From Mantamonas sphyraenae STR306 (lineage: Eukaryota > Protista > CRuMs): a DNA stretch of 64,000 nt. The notes beneath the pieces are model-generated. The model made no database searches and had not been told where the DNA came from. It worked only from the letters and a program-made list of their open reading frames with translations. The DNA lies in contig JAPMXV010000012.1 of NCBI GenBank assembly GCA_026936335.1, forward strand, positions 186,001 to 250,000. Direction: 5' to 3'. The position numbers and the translations under genes are program-made. Of the stretch, positions 10,066 through 21,197 are shown one piece after another (the first letter of the stretch is position 1; the number at the start of each line of letters is the position of its first letter).

Positions 10066-10250
10066 ATGGACGAATGGACGAATGAAGTGGATGCATTGAT
10101 GCGTGAAACAAAGTCACTGGTTGTGAGAAAGGTGGTTGGAAAGGGCGTTTTGCAGGATCCTTCCAGAAAAGCGGATGCTTCTGCGTTGCGTGTGTGGCCG
10201 CTTCTGGCCGGCTGACACGCAACGCAACCAAAGCACAGGGGATCGCAGGG

Positions 10251-11505
10251 TCATTGCACCCCGAGAGCATGACACCAAAGGAGATGCTGCTCCTGGACAG
10301 CCTCATGCATGCGTGCAACGACGTCTGCGGGTTCCCAGCGTGGGCTGTACGGATAGTCGGGCACGGAACGATGGACGGCCTTGAGGTTGTTCTGCATCTG
10401 TACACTGTGCATGGTGATGGTGGGTGTGGTTGTGGGATGGTCATCGGCCAGAGTAAAGGTCAACACCACAGGCAGCAGTTTGTCTGCCACATAGAAGGAC
10501 ACGGTGGACCAGTGCACGTCATCACACTCCAGGGTGCTTCCATAGTGGCCACGCAACGCTTGGATGAGTGCCTGCTTGGCAGACACACTCTGGAGTTGCC
10601 GTTCTACCACCTGGCTCAGCCGCTCCTGCACGATAATCACAAATTCCATCAGACTCATCTGGGCACCCCACGTCGGCGGCTGCACCTTGGCCCACGTCGG
10701 ATACTCTGTGGGAAAGTACACTGCAATCGCAGGCGAGCTGTGCGGATACGTGTCGGGAAAGATGACCAGCAGCCGTGGTCGCTCGTTGCCCACCTGCGCC
10801 CCCCGGGAACGCGTGTTTGTTGTTGTTGTTGTGAGTGTGCGCTCTGTGTGTTTGCCATTCCTCTTGACATGCCATCCATGCCACCCACCTGCTGTGCAAA
10901 TGTGTCTGACACCTCCAGCGGCACCTGAAAGTGCACCTGCAGGCCTTCGCCCTCTTGCTGCACCACGCGATATTGTGCGTCCTGCATAGGCCCCCATGGA
11001 CACCGTGTCAGCAATGGATGATGGTGGCTCGTTCTACATGGGCTGGGGTGCCACAGACCGAATGGCACCGCCTATGGCCTTGTGCGAGGGCTGGGGAACA
11101 ACGAACCGGTGCTTCGGACATGACCTGCAGTTCAAACTGGATCGCCTCGTTGGCCACCTGCATGACCAGCTGCTTGTGATGCGCACTGTACGCGGAAAGG
11201 ACATTGTCCAGGATGGCCACCAGCGCGGTTTCGTCGCCAATTTCCCACGTCTGCATGGCTGGAACGTCGTCAAGGGCCACTGTAAACTGGTCGCCTTCGC
11301 CCAGCACAATGTCCGGCGGCACCTCTGGCTGGTTCAGGTTGAAAACAACCTCCCACTGCACCGAATGCCCGCAGTACGGAATGGTGATCATGCACCGGTC
11401 CACTTCACTCGGTTGGCCAGCCTGTTTGCCCACGCGTAAGTTTGACACTTGGAACCGCCCGTCCTGCGCCACGGCGCTGAGTTGTGCGGCGAATGACGTC
11501 GACAT
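10251..11505 (-). CDS. BABAM2: BRE/BRCC45 (BRISC and BRCA1-A complex member 2), about 2 introns
   Basis: DRCMITIPYCGHSVQWEVVFN...PPDIV at the N-terminus and YPYSPRW at the C-terminus. Introns at ~10982-11106 and ~10793-10889. Confidence 0.85.
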
Positions 11506-11578
11506 CCAACACTTGGTTCGAAGGGCGCAGCACACTGGAGATTTGAAATGCAAAAGTCCTTTTTTTTTGTCTGCCACC

Positions 11579-14029
11579 TCATCCTCGACCAAAACCCACC
11601 AGCGACACCGATGTCGAAGTGGACGAAGTCTCTTCGACCACCTCCATCCGCCTGCCCGAGGTGGAACGAGGCCTGGACGACGATGATGACGATGATCCAC
11701 TGATCTCTTCGCGTTCCATGGCGTCGACGTTGTCCTCGTCCTCGTCGTCCTCGTCGTCTTGAATGTCCTCCTCGCTGTATGCGTCGCGTTCTCCTCGCTT
11801 GACACGACGTACAGCTGCACTGGGACTAGCATGCACCAGAGGAGGGGCTGTCCAGCGCAGCAGGTCGTCGTGGATGCTGCTGGCCAGGCACTCGCGTCGT
11901 GCGCTGCTCAGTTCCGTGTCAAGCTCGCTCAGCTCTGTCCGCCTTTGCACAAGCATCTCCTGGCCCGCTTGGTCTGCCTGCGAGTCTGCTTCCAGCAAAT
12001 GGACCATCAGCGCAGCACACCCGGCCACCGTTTCCCGGTCGCTCACACTGCCTGCCACTGTGTGTGCCGCCTCGGCCAGCTGCAGAGCCTTGCGGCTGCT
12101 TTTCCCTCGCTTTGTCAGCACCTGGGCTGCGCGAAGCATCAACACAGCTCCATACTGCTTGTTTTGTAGGGTGCTGTGTGCTACTCCGGCCGCCTTGCTC
12201 AGCTGTTTCTTGGCCTCGTGCAGCGCCGATGCGTTGGACTCGGGGTTCAGTTCGCCTGCCACTGCCTTGATGTGTGCACGCACAGCCTGGTGTAAAGCTT
12301 CCAACTGTGTCCACTGCTGCACCTGCTTCCTCTCCTCCAACTGCTCCAGGATTTGCAGCGCCTCTGGGTGGCAGTCGACATCGCGCGCCAGAACAAGCAC
12401 CTGCGCCAAGCGTGCAAACGCCTCCAGCTCGTTGTTCTGCACGCCGCTTTGGTTGCGTGCTCGCGCTGCCTTGAGTTGTGTCAACGCAGCGTCCCATTCC
12501 TCGTGGCTCATGGCGTACAGGGCAATGGCCAGGTGCAGCCACGCCATTTGTTCGTGCTGCATCAGAAACTGCACACTCGTGTCTCGTGTGCACAGCTCCA
12601 CCATGCGCTGCAGCACATCTCGCGCCTCGCTCCACCCACATGCTCCCATCTCGCTCAGAAACTCGTGCATCAGCGCGTCCCAACGCACCAGCATAGCCAT
12701 TTGCATCTGCTTGCTTGGGAAGTTGCGGTCGCCGTCACGTTCCCGCAATTCCTGCTCCACAACATCCAGAGTCTCATGCAACTGGCCAAACAAGCCCTGC
12801 ATCTCTTCCGACGTGCTCTCCTTGGACGCCAGCGCAGCTTCAAGCAGCATCGTCACAAGCAACACCTCGCGGCGCTCTAGCCACCGGTACAACACGCACT
12901 GTGCCTCCTTGCGCTTCTCCACGTACACCACTGTGGCCAACGCCCCTTCCACGTTTCCAGTTGCTGCCCATTTCCCCACCCGTGCGCTCAGATTCTCCAC
13001 CATCGGGCGTGCCAGATCTGCGCGTCCGTGCAGAAGCAGCAGTTGCGCCTCGTGCACCTTGAGCTGCGTGTCAAACACATCCCACTGTGTGTCCAGAGCG
13101 CCTTCATCCCTTGGTTTTCTCTGTTTCTCCTCCTCCTCTTGGTCTTCGTCCAACAGCAGGGCCTCGTCGTCTCCCTCGTCGTCGTCCTGCGTTCCCTCAA
13201 GGTGTGCGTCCAAGTGCACTCTGCACCACTCCAGCTCTTCCTCTGCACCTGGGTTTCTCATGTCCACCAGAACAGCAAGCTTGCCCATGTGTGCGGCCAC
13301 GTTGAGTGCCTCAGCCTGCTCCTTCTCAGCAAGAAGCGCCAGCTCCTCGTAGCGCTCCAGGGCCACCTCGTGTTCGCCCATGCTCAGCCTCAGCTGGGCC
13401 TCGTGCATCACTGCTGCATACACCCCAGCCATGTAACCCATCCTATGCGCCGCCATGGCCACGTTTCCGTGTCAGTATCCTTCCTGTCCGTCGTTGCGGG
13501 GCGGGGGCACACGCAAAGTTTTTTCACGCGGTGGACTGATCACTTACTCCTGCGCCAGCTCCCGCCGCTTCTGGTTGTACTTGCACGCCTCCTTAAAGTC
13601 CTCCTGGTCCTCGTAGCAAGCCACCGCGGATGCGTAAGCGTCTAGAAGCATCTCCAGGTGGCTTGAATCCTGTACATGGGGAGAAAGAACCCGGGGCGGG
13701 GTGAGTGGTCTGGCTGTTCCTGATCAGGAACCGTCCCGGAGACGTACGTGGTCGTTCAACTCGCGCAGCTGCACGTGGATGTGATTGAGCACATCGGCAC
13801 TGTCGTGGCAAAGGTACATCAGCACCTGGATCAGGTCGTGTCTGCATAGTAGCAGCGTGGCCTGGTCCACCGTCCAGGCGTCTCGTTCGTCCAGGGTATC
13901 CGCAAGCTTGCGCCGATGAACCATCTCGTTCTGGCGGCACACACATTGTAGTAGCACGCTTGCATCTGCATACTCTGCGTCTTGCATATGCTGTGCAGCC
14001 TGGTCCACAAACAGCTGCAACGTCGCCAT
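11579..14029 (-). CDS. MAU2: MAU2/SCC4 cohesin-loader subunit (TPR-like helical), 2 introns
   Basis: AHTVAGSVSDRETVAGCAALM...IHDDLLRWTAPP resembles MAU2 AMQLASKIPDMSVQLWSSALL...HNLITWTDGP. Introns at 13670-13747 and 13484-13547. Confidence 0.65.
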
Positions 14030-14216
14030 CTCGCCTCGTCGTTTGGTTCGTATGGTCGCCACCGCGCGTTTGTCACCATCAAGGCAGAAGAGTCCACAGA
14101 GCACACGTGGGTGGATGTGCAATGACCACTCTTCACCTTTGTCCTTCTTTGCGTCCTGCTGCTTCCTGTCCACCCGCGGCCGCCGACCCACCTCAATCGT
14201 CCCCCCTCACCGCCCC

Positions 14217-17200
14217 ATGAGTGACACCCCAACGGGAGACTGGGACGACCAAGGCATTGTCTCTGTGCTTACGTTCAACCTGGCGGTCTCGGCTGGCGTG
14301 CTGGTGGCGTTTGCCATCCTTCGCAAGCGGCCCTGGGCGCGTGCCTGGTACGACGGCCGCGAGACCCATCTGGACTCGCCTCTGGTTACAGACATCCCCG
14401 ACCGCAAGTATACATTCGAGGCCCCACTGTTGCCGTTTGGCATGGAGCTGAACAGGGACAATTGGGTGCTGTACACTCTGTTCACCCCCGAAGAACACAT
14501 CCTCCGCAAGCACGGCTTTGACATCTTTGCCTTTCTCCGTTGGCAACGCTACGTCATGATGATGTTGGCCATCAACACGGTGCTGGTGCCCATCCTCATC
14601 GGCCTGAACAACGCCGGGTCCGTCAATCGCACGCTGCAGGGAAGCGCTTACTCTCCGGGCTTCTTCGACTGGACCATTGCCAACATCGACACCGCTTCAG
14701 ACACACTGTGGGCACACGTCATTGTGCTCCTGTGCATGTCTGCGTCCATCTGGTACGCCATGTACCGGTACATCACCGAGTTTGCTGCCATCCGACGCGA
14801 CCATGTCTTGCAGCGCACCCAGCTCGACAACGACGCCGTCGGCTTTGGCCGCACTGTGCTCATCGACAAGCTGGCCCCAGTGAACAACAGCGAGGAGCAT
14901 CTGCTGGAGTTTGTTCAAGAGACCCTGTTCCCAGAGGCGGTCGAAGTGCAAATTGTCCGGCAGTGGCCCGATTGCGTCCAGTTGCGTGAACAGCACACCA
15001 AACTGTACTGGGATCTCGACACAGCCATCTGGCGCTACCAAAAGGAACTGGCCAAACGTGACGCCGCGGCTGTCGAGGCTGCTGCGTCTGGCGCATCCTC
15101 CTCCTCGTCTTCGGGAGGCCTTGCCGCGGGCGTGAAGAATCTGGTGGGTCCGTCCAAGGGCAAGGAGGGCAAGGAGAAGGGCAAAGACAGAGGCAAGGGC
15201 AAAGGAAAGGACAAGGACAAGGGCAAGGGCAAGGGCAAGGGCAAAGACAAAGAGAAAGACTTCAAGGCACGACGCAAGGAGGCGACGGAAGGAAACACGC
15301 GCAAGAAGAAGCGGAGCGATTCGGGAGACGAGCCCAAGGAGGGGGAGGAGCTGATTGGGGAGGACGGACGACCCAAAACGGCATTGAAGGGACCCAAGGG
15401 GGTGCGCACAGTGGACACGATCGACCTTCTGATTGCCAAGTTGCAGCTCACCGAGGAGAAGCTGAACGAACTGCAACGGGAGAAGCGTCCCTCGTCTCTG
15501 GCTGCGTTCCTGACATTCCGCTCGCAGGTGCACGCCAAACGGGCGGTGCAGAACCTCAAGTTCAACTGGCAACCCATCGACGTGGTGACCTTTGACGTGG
15601 ATGAGGAGGAACGATGGTTCCAGTACCAGCAGCGCAAGCAGGAGGAGGCTGTGTGTGACAGCTGTCGTGCACGCGATCGTCGTCTTGCCGTGAGGCGTCA
15701 ATCGGGCTACGGTGGCGCTTTGGACGGCGGCAAAGGAGACGACGGCGAGAGTGGGCAGGGAGTGCGTTCGGTGGACCAGGAATGCGACGCCTGTGGACGT
15801 GTGGTCAGTGCACATGACATGCAATACCACAAGGATTACGAGTGCAGGGGAGGTAAGGGCAAGAAGAGTGTGACGTCGACGGCAGCTGTGACTAGCCCCG
15901 CGCTATCGGCGTCATCGACGAGCAGCTGTTCGTTTTGCGGCCTCATGTCGCACACGAGCGACACCTGCGAGCTTGCGCCTGCCACCTGCCCTCGCTGCGG
16001 GTTGGAAGACACATACGCACGCATTTCCAAACATATGGCCACGCACAAGCGACATCCCTGCCAGCACTGCATGGTGGAGCTGGAACAGAGAGACATGGAA
16101 ACCCACGTGCACGAAATGCACGGGTGCAGGTGGTGTGCACAGGTGCACGCCGAGGGCGAACGGTGCGACAAAGAGGGGCCTCGCAACACGCAGATGCAAA
16201 CGTGTGCCAATGTTGCGCGCGGATGCAGGTATGTGGGTGTGCACGAGGCCGTGGATGTGCATCTCGAGGAACACTGTGCCTTTCGCATGGTCACTTGTCC
16301 CACGTGCAACCGTGCAGGACCCTGGATGGACATGCGTGTGCATCTGTTGCAAAACACCTGTGCAGGAACAGGCACCAGTCTGGTCAACGGGGCAGCCATC
16401 ATGGCGCCGACCACAACCAGCAGCAGCAGCGACATTGTCGTCGACGTCGACGGCGACGAGGTCGACATGGGCCCCGCAGGCCTCACGCGTGGCATGTCAC
16501 AGGATTTGGAGCGTGTGCGGCAAGTGTGTGCACGCTGTGGTGCTGCCATCGAACGACGTGTGAGCGAACTGTACGACAGCGACGACGAATCGTTGGCAGG
16601 TCCGCCCGAACCCATCTATACGAACAGTGTGTGGCACGTGGAACTGGCCAAACATCCCGACGATGTCATTTGGGAAAACTATGGCATCGACGAACGCAAG
16701 CAGGTGGCGAAAAAGTGGTTGTTCCGCGTCGCCATGCTCCTCCTCACCTTTTTCTGGCAGATTCCAATCGGCATCCTCTCCTCCCTGGAAGCCCTGAGTG
16801 CATTGCCCATTGTCGGCGGCTTCTTTTCCTTTGTGTTCAACTTTTCGCCCGGCGTGCGAGGTTTCCTGACTGCGTACTTGCCGGCCATTGTGCTCCTCGT
16901 GTTCAACATGGTCCTGCCCGCCATGATGACCCGCTTCTCCATGTTTGAGGGCGTCCGGTCCAAGAGCCAACTGTACGACAGCACCATGACCAAGAGCTTG
17001 GGTTTCCAGGTGGTCAACACCCTGGTGCTTCCGGCTGTGGTCATTGGCGGCCTCGAAGCGCTCGCCGCCCTGCTGGGCCAGCTGGGCGCAGACCCCATTG
17101 GCCAGGGAACGCGTGTGGCTGTACAGATCACCGCGCCCAAGAGTGGCTTCTTTATCGCTTTGCTGACGCAGAATGCGCTGCTTGGCAATGCACTGTCGCT

Positions 17201-18023
17201 CCTCAACGCCGTCGGCCTGGCAACCTACACGTTTTTTTCGCGCCGCGAGATGAGCGACCACAAGCGGGAGGAGCTGGAGGAGGGTCCCGAGGTGGACATC
17301 AACTACGCCTACGCCGACCAGCTGGTCATGTTGGCCATCGGCATCCTGTTTTCGGTGAGCATCCCTGTCACGGTGCCGTACTGCCTGCTCTTCTTTTGCA
17401 TGACCCACTTTACCAACCGCCACCAGTGTCTGTACCTGTGGAAGGCCCAGGATCTGGAGACGGATGGTCGCATGCACGTCTCTGTCTGGCGCTACGTGCT
17501 GTACTTTCTCAGCGCGCTTCAACTTGCCGCGGTGGGCAACTTTTCCGCCAAGCTTGCGCCTGCGCAGGCCTCGTCTGCCCTCATCCTGTTTTTCGGCAAC
17601 GTCATGATTGCACGCTCGTGGCTCAACAAGAGCATCAAGCACATCTTTGACCAGGACAAGGTGGTGGAGCTGTTTGAGGTGGAACAGGTCAACCGCATGA
17701 CCGCCGAGGGCGAGCTCGACGCCTTTCACGAAAACGGCGCCTATCTGCACCCGGGCCTCAAGCAAGTCGAACACATCGTCAGCCAAGAATGGCTCGATCT
17801 GCGTTCCCCAGGCTTTGGTATCCTCAAGGAGGAGGTGGCCAGCGACGGCGGTCTCCTCGGCCTTGTTGGCAGCGTCGGCAACGTTGGCAAGGAGGTGCTG
17901 CAACTGACCAAGATCACAGGGAAAAAGGGGGCCGAGGGTGACGATGGTGAGGAGGATGAGGATGATGAAGACGTCGAGGCGCGTGCGGGAGGGAGGCGAG
18001 GGCGCGGCCGCGGGGCGCGCTGA
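14217..18023 (+). CDS. OSCA/TMEM63/CSC1 mechanosensitive Ca2+-permeable channel with inserted zinc-finger array
   Basis: HGFDIFAFLRW, DWTIANI, LWAHV, RTVLIDKL, AAFLTF, HPDDVIWEN, FWQIPI and FEG..SKS. Cys/His-rich insertion at ~15570-16620. Confidence 0.9.
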   Translation: MSDTPTGDWDDQGIVSVLTFNLAVSAGVLVAFAILRKRPWARAWYDGRETHLDSPLVTDIPDRKYTFEAPLLPFGMELNRDNWVLYTLFTPEEHILRKHGFDIFAFLRWQRYVMMMLAINTVLVPILIGLNNAGSVNRTLQGSAYSPGFFDWTIANIDTASDTLWAHVIVLLCMSASIWYAMYRYITEFAAIRRDHVLQRTQLDNDAVGFGRTVLIDKLAPVNNSEEHLLEFVQETLFPEAVEVQIVRQWPDCVQLREQHTKLYWDLDTAIWRYQKELAKRDAAAVEAAASGASSSSSSGGLAAGVKNLVGPSKGKEGKEKGKDRGKGKGKDKDKGKGKGKGKDKEKDFKARRKEATEGNTRKKKRSDSGDEPKEGEELIGEDGRPKTALKGPKGVRTVDTIDLLIAKLQLTEEKLNELQREKRPSSLAAFLTFRSQVHAKRAVQNLKFNWQPIDVVTFDVDEEERWFQYQQRKQEEAVCDSCRARDRRLAVRRQSGYGGALDGGKGDDGESGQGVRSVDQECDACGRVVSAHDMQYHKDYECRGGKGKKSVTSTAAVTSPALSASSTSSCSFCGLMSHTSDTCELAPATCPRCGLEDTYARISKHMATHKRHPCQHCMVELEQRDMETHVHEMHGCRWCAQVHAEGERCDKEGPRNTQMQTCANVARGCRYVGVHEAVDVHLEEHCAFRMVTCPTCNRAGPWMDMRVHLLQNTCAGTGTSLVNGAAIMAPTTTSSSSDIVVDVDGDEVDMGPAGLTRGMSQDLERVRQVCARCGAAIERRVSELYDSDDESLAGPPEPIYTNSVWHVELAKHPDDVIWENYGIDERKQVAKKWLFRVAMLLLTFFWQIPIGILSSLEALSALPIVGGFFSFVFNFSPGVRGFLTAYLPAIVLLVFNMVLPAMMTRFSMFEGVRSKSQLYDSTMTKSLGFQVVNTLVLPAVVIGGLEALAALLGQLGADPIGQGTRVAVQITAPKSGFFIALLTQNALLGNALSLLNAVGLATYTFFSRREMSDHKREELEEGPEVDINYAYADQLVMLAIGILFSVSIPVTVPYCLLFFCMTHFTNRHQCLYLWKAQDLETDGRMHVSVWRYVLYFLSALQLAAVGNFSAKLAPAQASSALILFFGNVMIARSWLNKSIKHIFDQDKVVELFEVEQVNRMTAEGELDAFHENGAYLHPGLKQVEHIVSQEWLDLRSPGFGILKEEVASDGGLLGLVGSVGNVGKEVLQLTKITGKKGAEGDDGEEDEDDEDVEARAGGRRGRGRGAR

Positions 18024-18055
18024 GCAAACCACGAATAGACGAATTTGGGCTTGGA

Positions 18056-20014
18056 ATGCAGCGGAGGAAAATCCGCGTGGATTCTGCCGCTGTGGAAGGG
18101 GCTCATGGGGCCGATGATGCACGTTGGGATCTGCCGTTTGGGTCTGGGTACGCGGAGCTCGTGCGCAAAGAACTTGTCCCGATCTCCCCGTATTCGCCTG
18201 TGCAGATGTCCAAAATGCAGCTGCTTGGCAAGGTCCTCATGCACAAGGTGCACGTGCTTGCATACGCGCTGTGCATTGGGCTTTGTGGTGCACCTCTTAT
18301 CTATGCTATTGGGTTTACGTGGCGGCGTTTGCAGGTGGCTCCGAGCGGCCGTGGGAAGTCGCCGGATGAGATTCTCCTCACCCTCGCCTACTTCACTCTG
18401 CTCGCCCTCGTCAGCACCGTTGGCACATGGAACTATCTGTGGTACCAATGGTTCACGTACTGGAAGGTTTCCATCACACGCTACATGGGAAAGAAGGTCG
18501 TTTACGCGTCCGTGCTGTACAACTTGACTGGCGGCCTCTTTGTGGCCTTTGTGGTCGCGTATGGAGACGTGCGCACGGAAGATCTGGAATTGGTTCTGGC
18601 CATGTATCTCCTTCCTGTGGCCGTGGGGCAGGCGGTGACGCTGTGGCAGCTTGAACGTGGAGGTCTCCGTGGGGCCTTCCGTTTTGGGTTTCCCTTTGTG
18701 ATCCTGTTTGCTCTGGTGGGATATGTGTACTTCCCCACCCTGCCCACATGGTTTGTAGAGGCAGAGAGCGACGTGGGACGTGCGCTACTGCGTCTGTTTG
18801 CACACCCGCTGATGCTGGAGGTGGTGGCGGTGGCCGCTAGGGTGCTTGCACGCTACTACATGCGGGAAATGGGGGCGCAACACGCAGAGGCATGGGTGTT
18901 TAGCATCATGATGTTTGCATCGTTGTTTGGGCGATTCCTGGTGTCCCAGTTCTCCACTTTCGAGTACGTGGTGGCCGTGAGCATCCTTCTCTCTTTGGAG
19001 GACGCATTGCTGAGGCATTCAATCCGCATGCGCGACTATAGCGTGTACTATTGGATGCGGTATGGCAGGCGGCGGGCGGTGGAGATGCTGGATTGGGACA
19101 AGAAGGCTTTGTACTCGACGTCACCGCTGCGGGAGCATGTGGACGAGTGTGTGCTGCCCACCTTTGAGGACAAGTTGGTCAATGCAGACGAAACGTCTGA
19201 ACTCACGGCGGTGATGATGAGTGTGGTGCTTGTGGATGCGTTTGGGATCACCACGAACGGGCAGATGCCCACGCCGCAGTCGCTTGTGGAGCTTGCGCTG
19301 CTGCAGATTGTGCTCGAATTTGGCGTGGAACTTGTGTCTAGCGTGCTTGCTGTGCTGGTGGGCCACAAGGTGTGGATGCGCGTGCACGCTCAACTGCAGG
19401 ACGAGCACGTGGCTGAGGCGGCCAGCAGCAGCTCACTGGACAAAGAACTCGGAGTGGTGGAAATGGGAGTCATGTCCAACGGACGCGCCTCGGTGACATC
19501 CCACGCTCGGTCGCCTGTGGTGGCCGGCAGGCGAATGCATCATTCACAGACGTGGACCGAAGACCAGCAAGGTGCCTCTGGAACACCGCCCACCGCACAG
19601 AGTCTCGGCGCAGGCGACGAAGCAGACACACCGAATCGCAACGAAGCCAATGGTCACGATGGCGAGGGGGAACATGGCACAGGTGAGGAGGAGGAGGAGG
19701 AGGCGGAGGAGGAGGAACCGGAGGAGCAGGCCAGCAATCGCCTTCTCTTTGCAAGCAAGACCGTGTCGCAGCGTTGCAACCTGTCCAAGTGGGAATCACA
19801 AGTGTGGAGGTCAATCAGCTACCAAGTGCGTCTGGTGAATGCCTGGCCTGAGCTGTATCTGTACAAAACGCCCAGGTTCGGCTTCCTGTGGCTTGTCATG
19901 CCCTTTGGGGTGTACACCATCGGCTACATTGCCACCAACTTTCTGCCGTCGTTTCTATGCGCGGTTGTGAGCGATGGGGTCATTCTGTCAGCGCCGTGTG
20001 ATTTGGTCTCGTGA
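18056..20014 (+). CDS. Uncharacterised multi-pass membrane protein (~652 aa)
   Basis: Long ORF with host-like codon usage and about 10 hydrophobic segments. No family recognised. Confidence 0.75.
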   Translation: MQRRKIRVDSAAVEGAHGADDARWDLPFGSGYAELVRKELVPISPYSPVQMSKMQLLGKVLMHKVHVLAYALCIGLCGAPLIYAIGFTWRRLQVAPSGRGKSPDEILLTLAYFTLLALVSTVGTWNYLWYQWFTYWKVSITRYMGKKVVYASVLYNLTGGLFVAFVVAYGDVRTEDLELVLAMYLLPVAVGQAVTLWQLERGGLRGAFRFGFPFVILFALVGYVYFPTLPTWFVEAESDVGRALLRLFAHPLMLEVVAVAARVLARYYMREMGAQHAEAWVFSIMMFASLFGRFLVSQFSTFEYVVAVSILLSLEDALLRHSIRMRDYSVYYWMRYGRRRAVEMLDWDKKALYSTSPLREHVDECVLPTFEDKLVNADETSELTAVMMSVVLVDAFGITTNGQMPTPQSLVELALLQIVLEFGVELVSSVLAVLVGHKVWMRVHAQLQDEHVAEAASSSSLDKELGVVEMGVMSNGRASVTSHARSPVVAGRRMHHSQTWTEDQQGASGTPPTAQSLGAGDEADTPNRNEANGHDGEGEHGTGEEEEEEAEEEEPEEQASNRLLFASKTVSQRCNLSKWESQVWRSISYQVRLVNAWPELYLYKTPRFGFLWLVMPFGVYTIGYIATNFLPSFLCAVVSDGVILSAPCDLVS

Positions 20015-20042
20015 AGGGCGCAATGGAAACCACCATTTCGGC

Positions 20043-21148
20043 ATGCATGGTGTTCACTACACATGGGTTGCGCTCGGATTGTTGCTAGGGGCCCTTGTAG
20101 CGTGTGCATGGGCTGAACAGGCGGACACCGGGAGCAGTCCTACGCCTGTGGCGGCAGCAAGCACACGGCCAATTCCGAGTGCCACGGCGGCCACGTCGAT
20201 GCAGGCGTCCAAGCGGTCGGCCATGTACACCGACTCGGAGGGACGACATGTATATTCACAGGAGTTTCAGGCAACGCGTGTTGTGGATGGGGTCACGTAC
20301 ACGTATTCGAATAAGCGGGGTAGGTTGTGTGTGAGTGCCACGTGGGGGTGCCAGGCGCCCCCTCAACTCCCGGCTGTCCACAGTGGGCCACACACACACG
20401 CTGACAAGACACGCAATGCGGTGTGGCAACCACAGGGCAAGAGACAATCCGGGTCAAGGGAAAGGTGCCCGAAGAGTTTGATTACGAGGAGATCCTGCGG
20501 TCGTTCCGGCAGCTGGTTGGCGCAAACTCGGATGACGCAACCAAGGCGGGCGGAACGGCGGAAACGACGGCAGACGGCAAACAAAGGCCACACAACAGAG
20601 GGACAGGAATCAATAAGGAGGACAGCAATGGACAGGGCCATGGAGATGACAAGAGTGGCCACACAGACACAGGGACGGCTGAAAAGGCAGGGGCCAGAGA
20701 CAAGGGCTCCCTGAGTGAAACGGACGACTCGTTGGGCTCGCTGTACGAACAGGTGAGCACATTCTTTGGGGCATCCGGCGACTTTTCGGCGCCTCTGCTG
20801 GACCAGCATGAGCTGGACACTCGGCGGCTGATTGTGGAAGCGGACAAGAAGCGACACGAGGAGGAGCTGGAACGGGTGAAGAATGACCTGCACGAAATCC
20901 TGACGGAATACGAAATCCTGCGCAAGCGACAGGCGGAATTGGGTCGGTGGCTGCGTGACCATCATAATGAGGGCATGGAGGCGTATCCCAACGTCAAGGA
21001 GCTGGTGGAAACCGAAGGCGAACGGTTGCACCTCTTGGAACACAGGCTAAAGAAGATGCGACTCAAGCTGCGCACACGCAAGGCGTACCTCCTTGCCGTG
21101 ATTGAACGCACGCGGGACCAGCTGCGCCAATTGGACAATGGGACGTGA
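20043..21148 (+). CDS. Uncharacterised secreted/ER protein with C-terminal coiled coil (1 intron, ~20320-20435)
   Basis: Signal peptide MHGVHYTWVALGLLLGALVACAWA. A GTAGGT donor and CCACAG acceptor join the two ORF-track frames. Confidence 0.6.
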
Positions 21149-21197
21149 GAAACCAAGCACGCGCATCATCGCCCAAAACAAACACACCTTTTCGATC

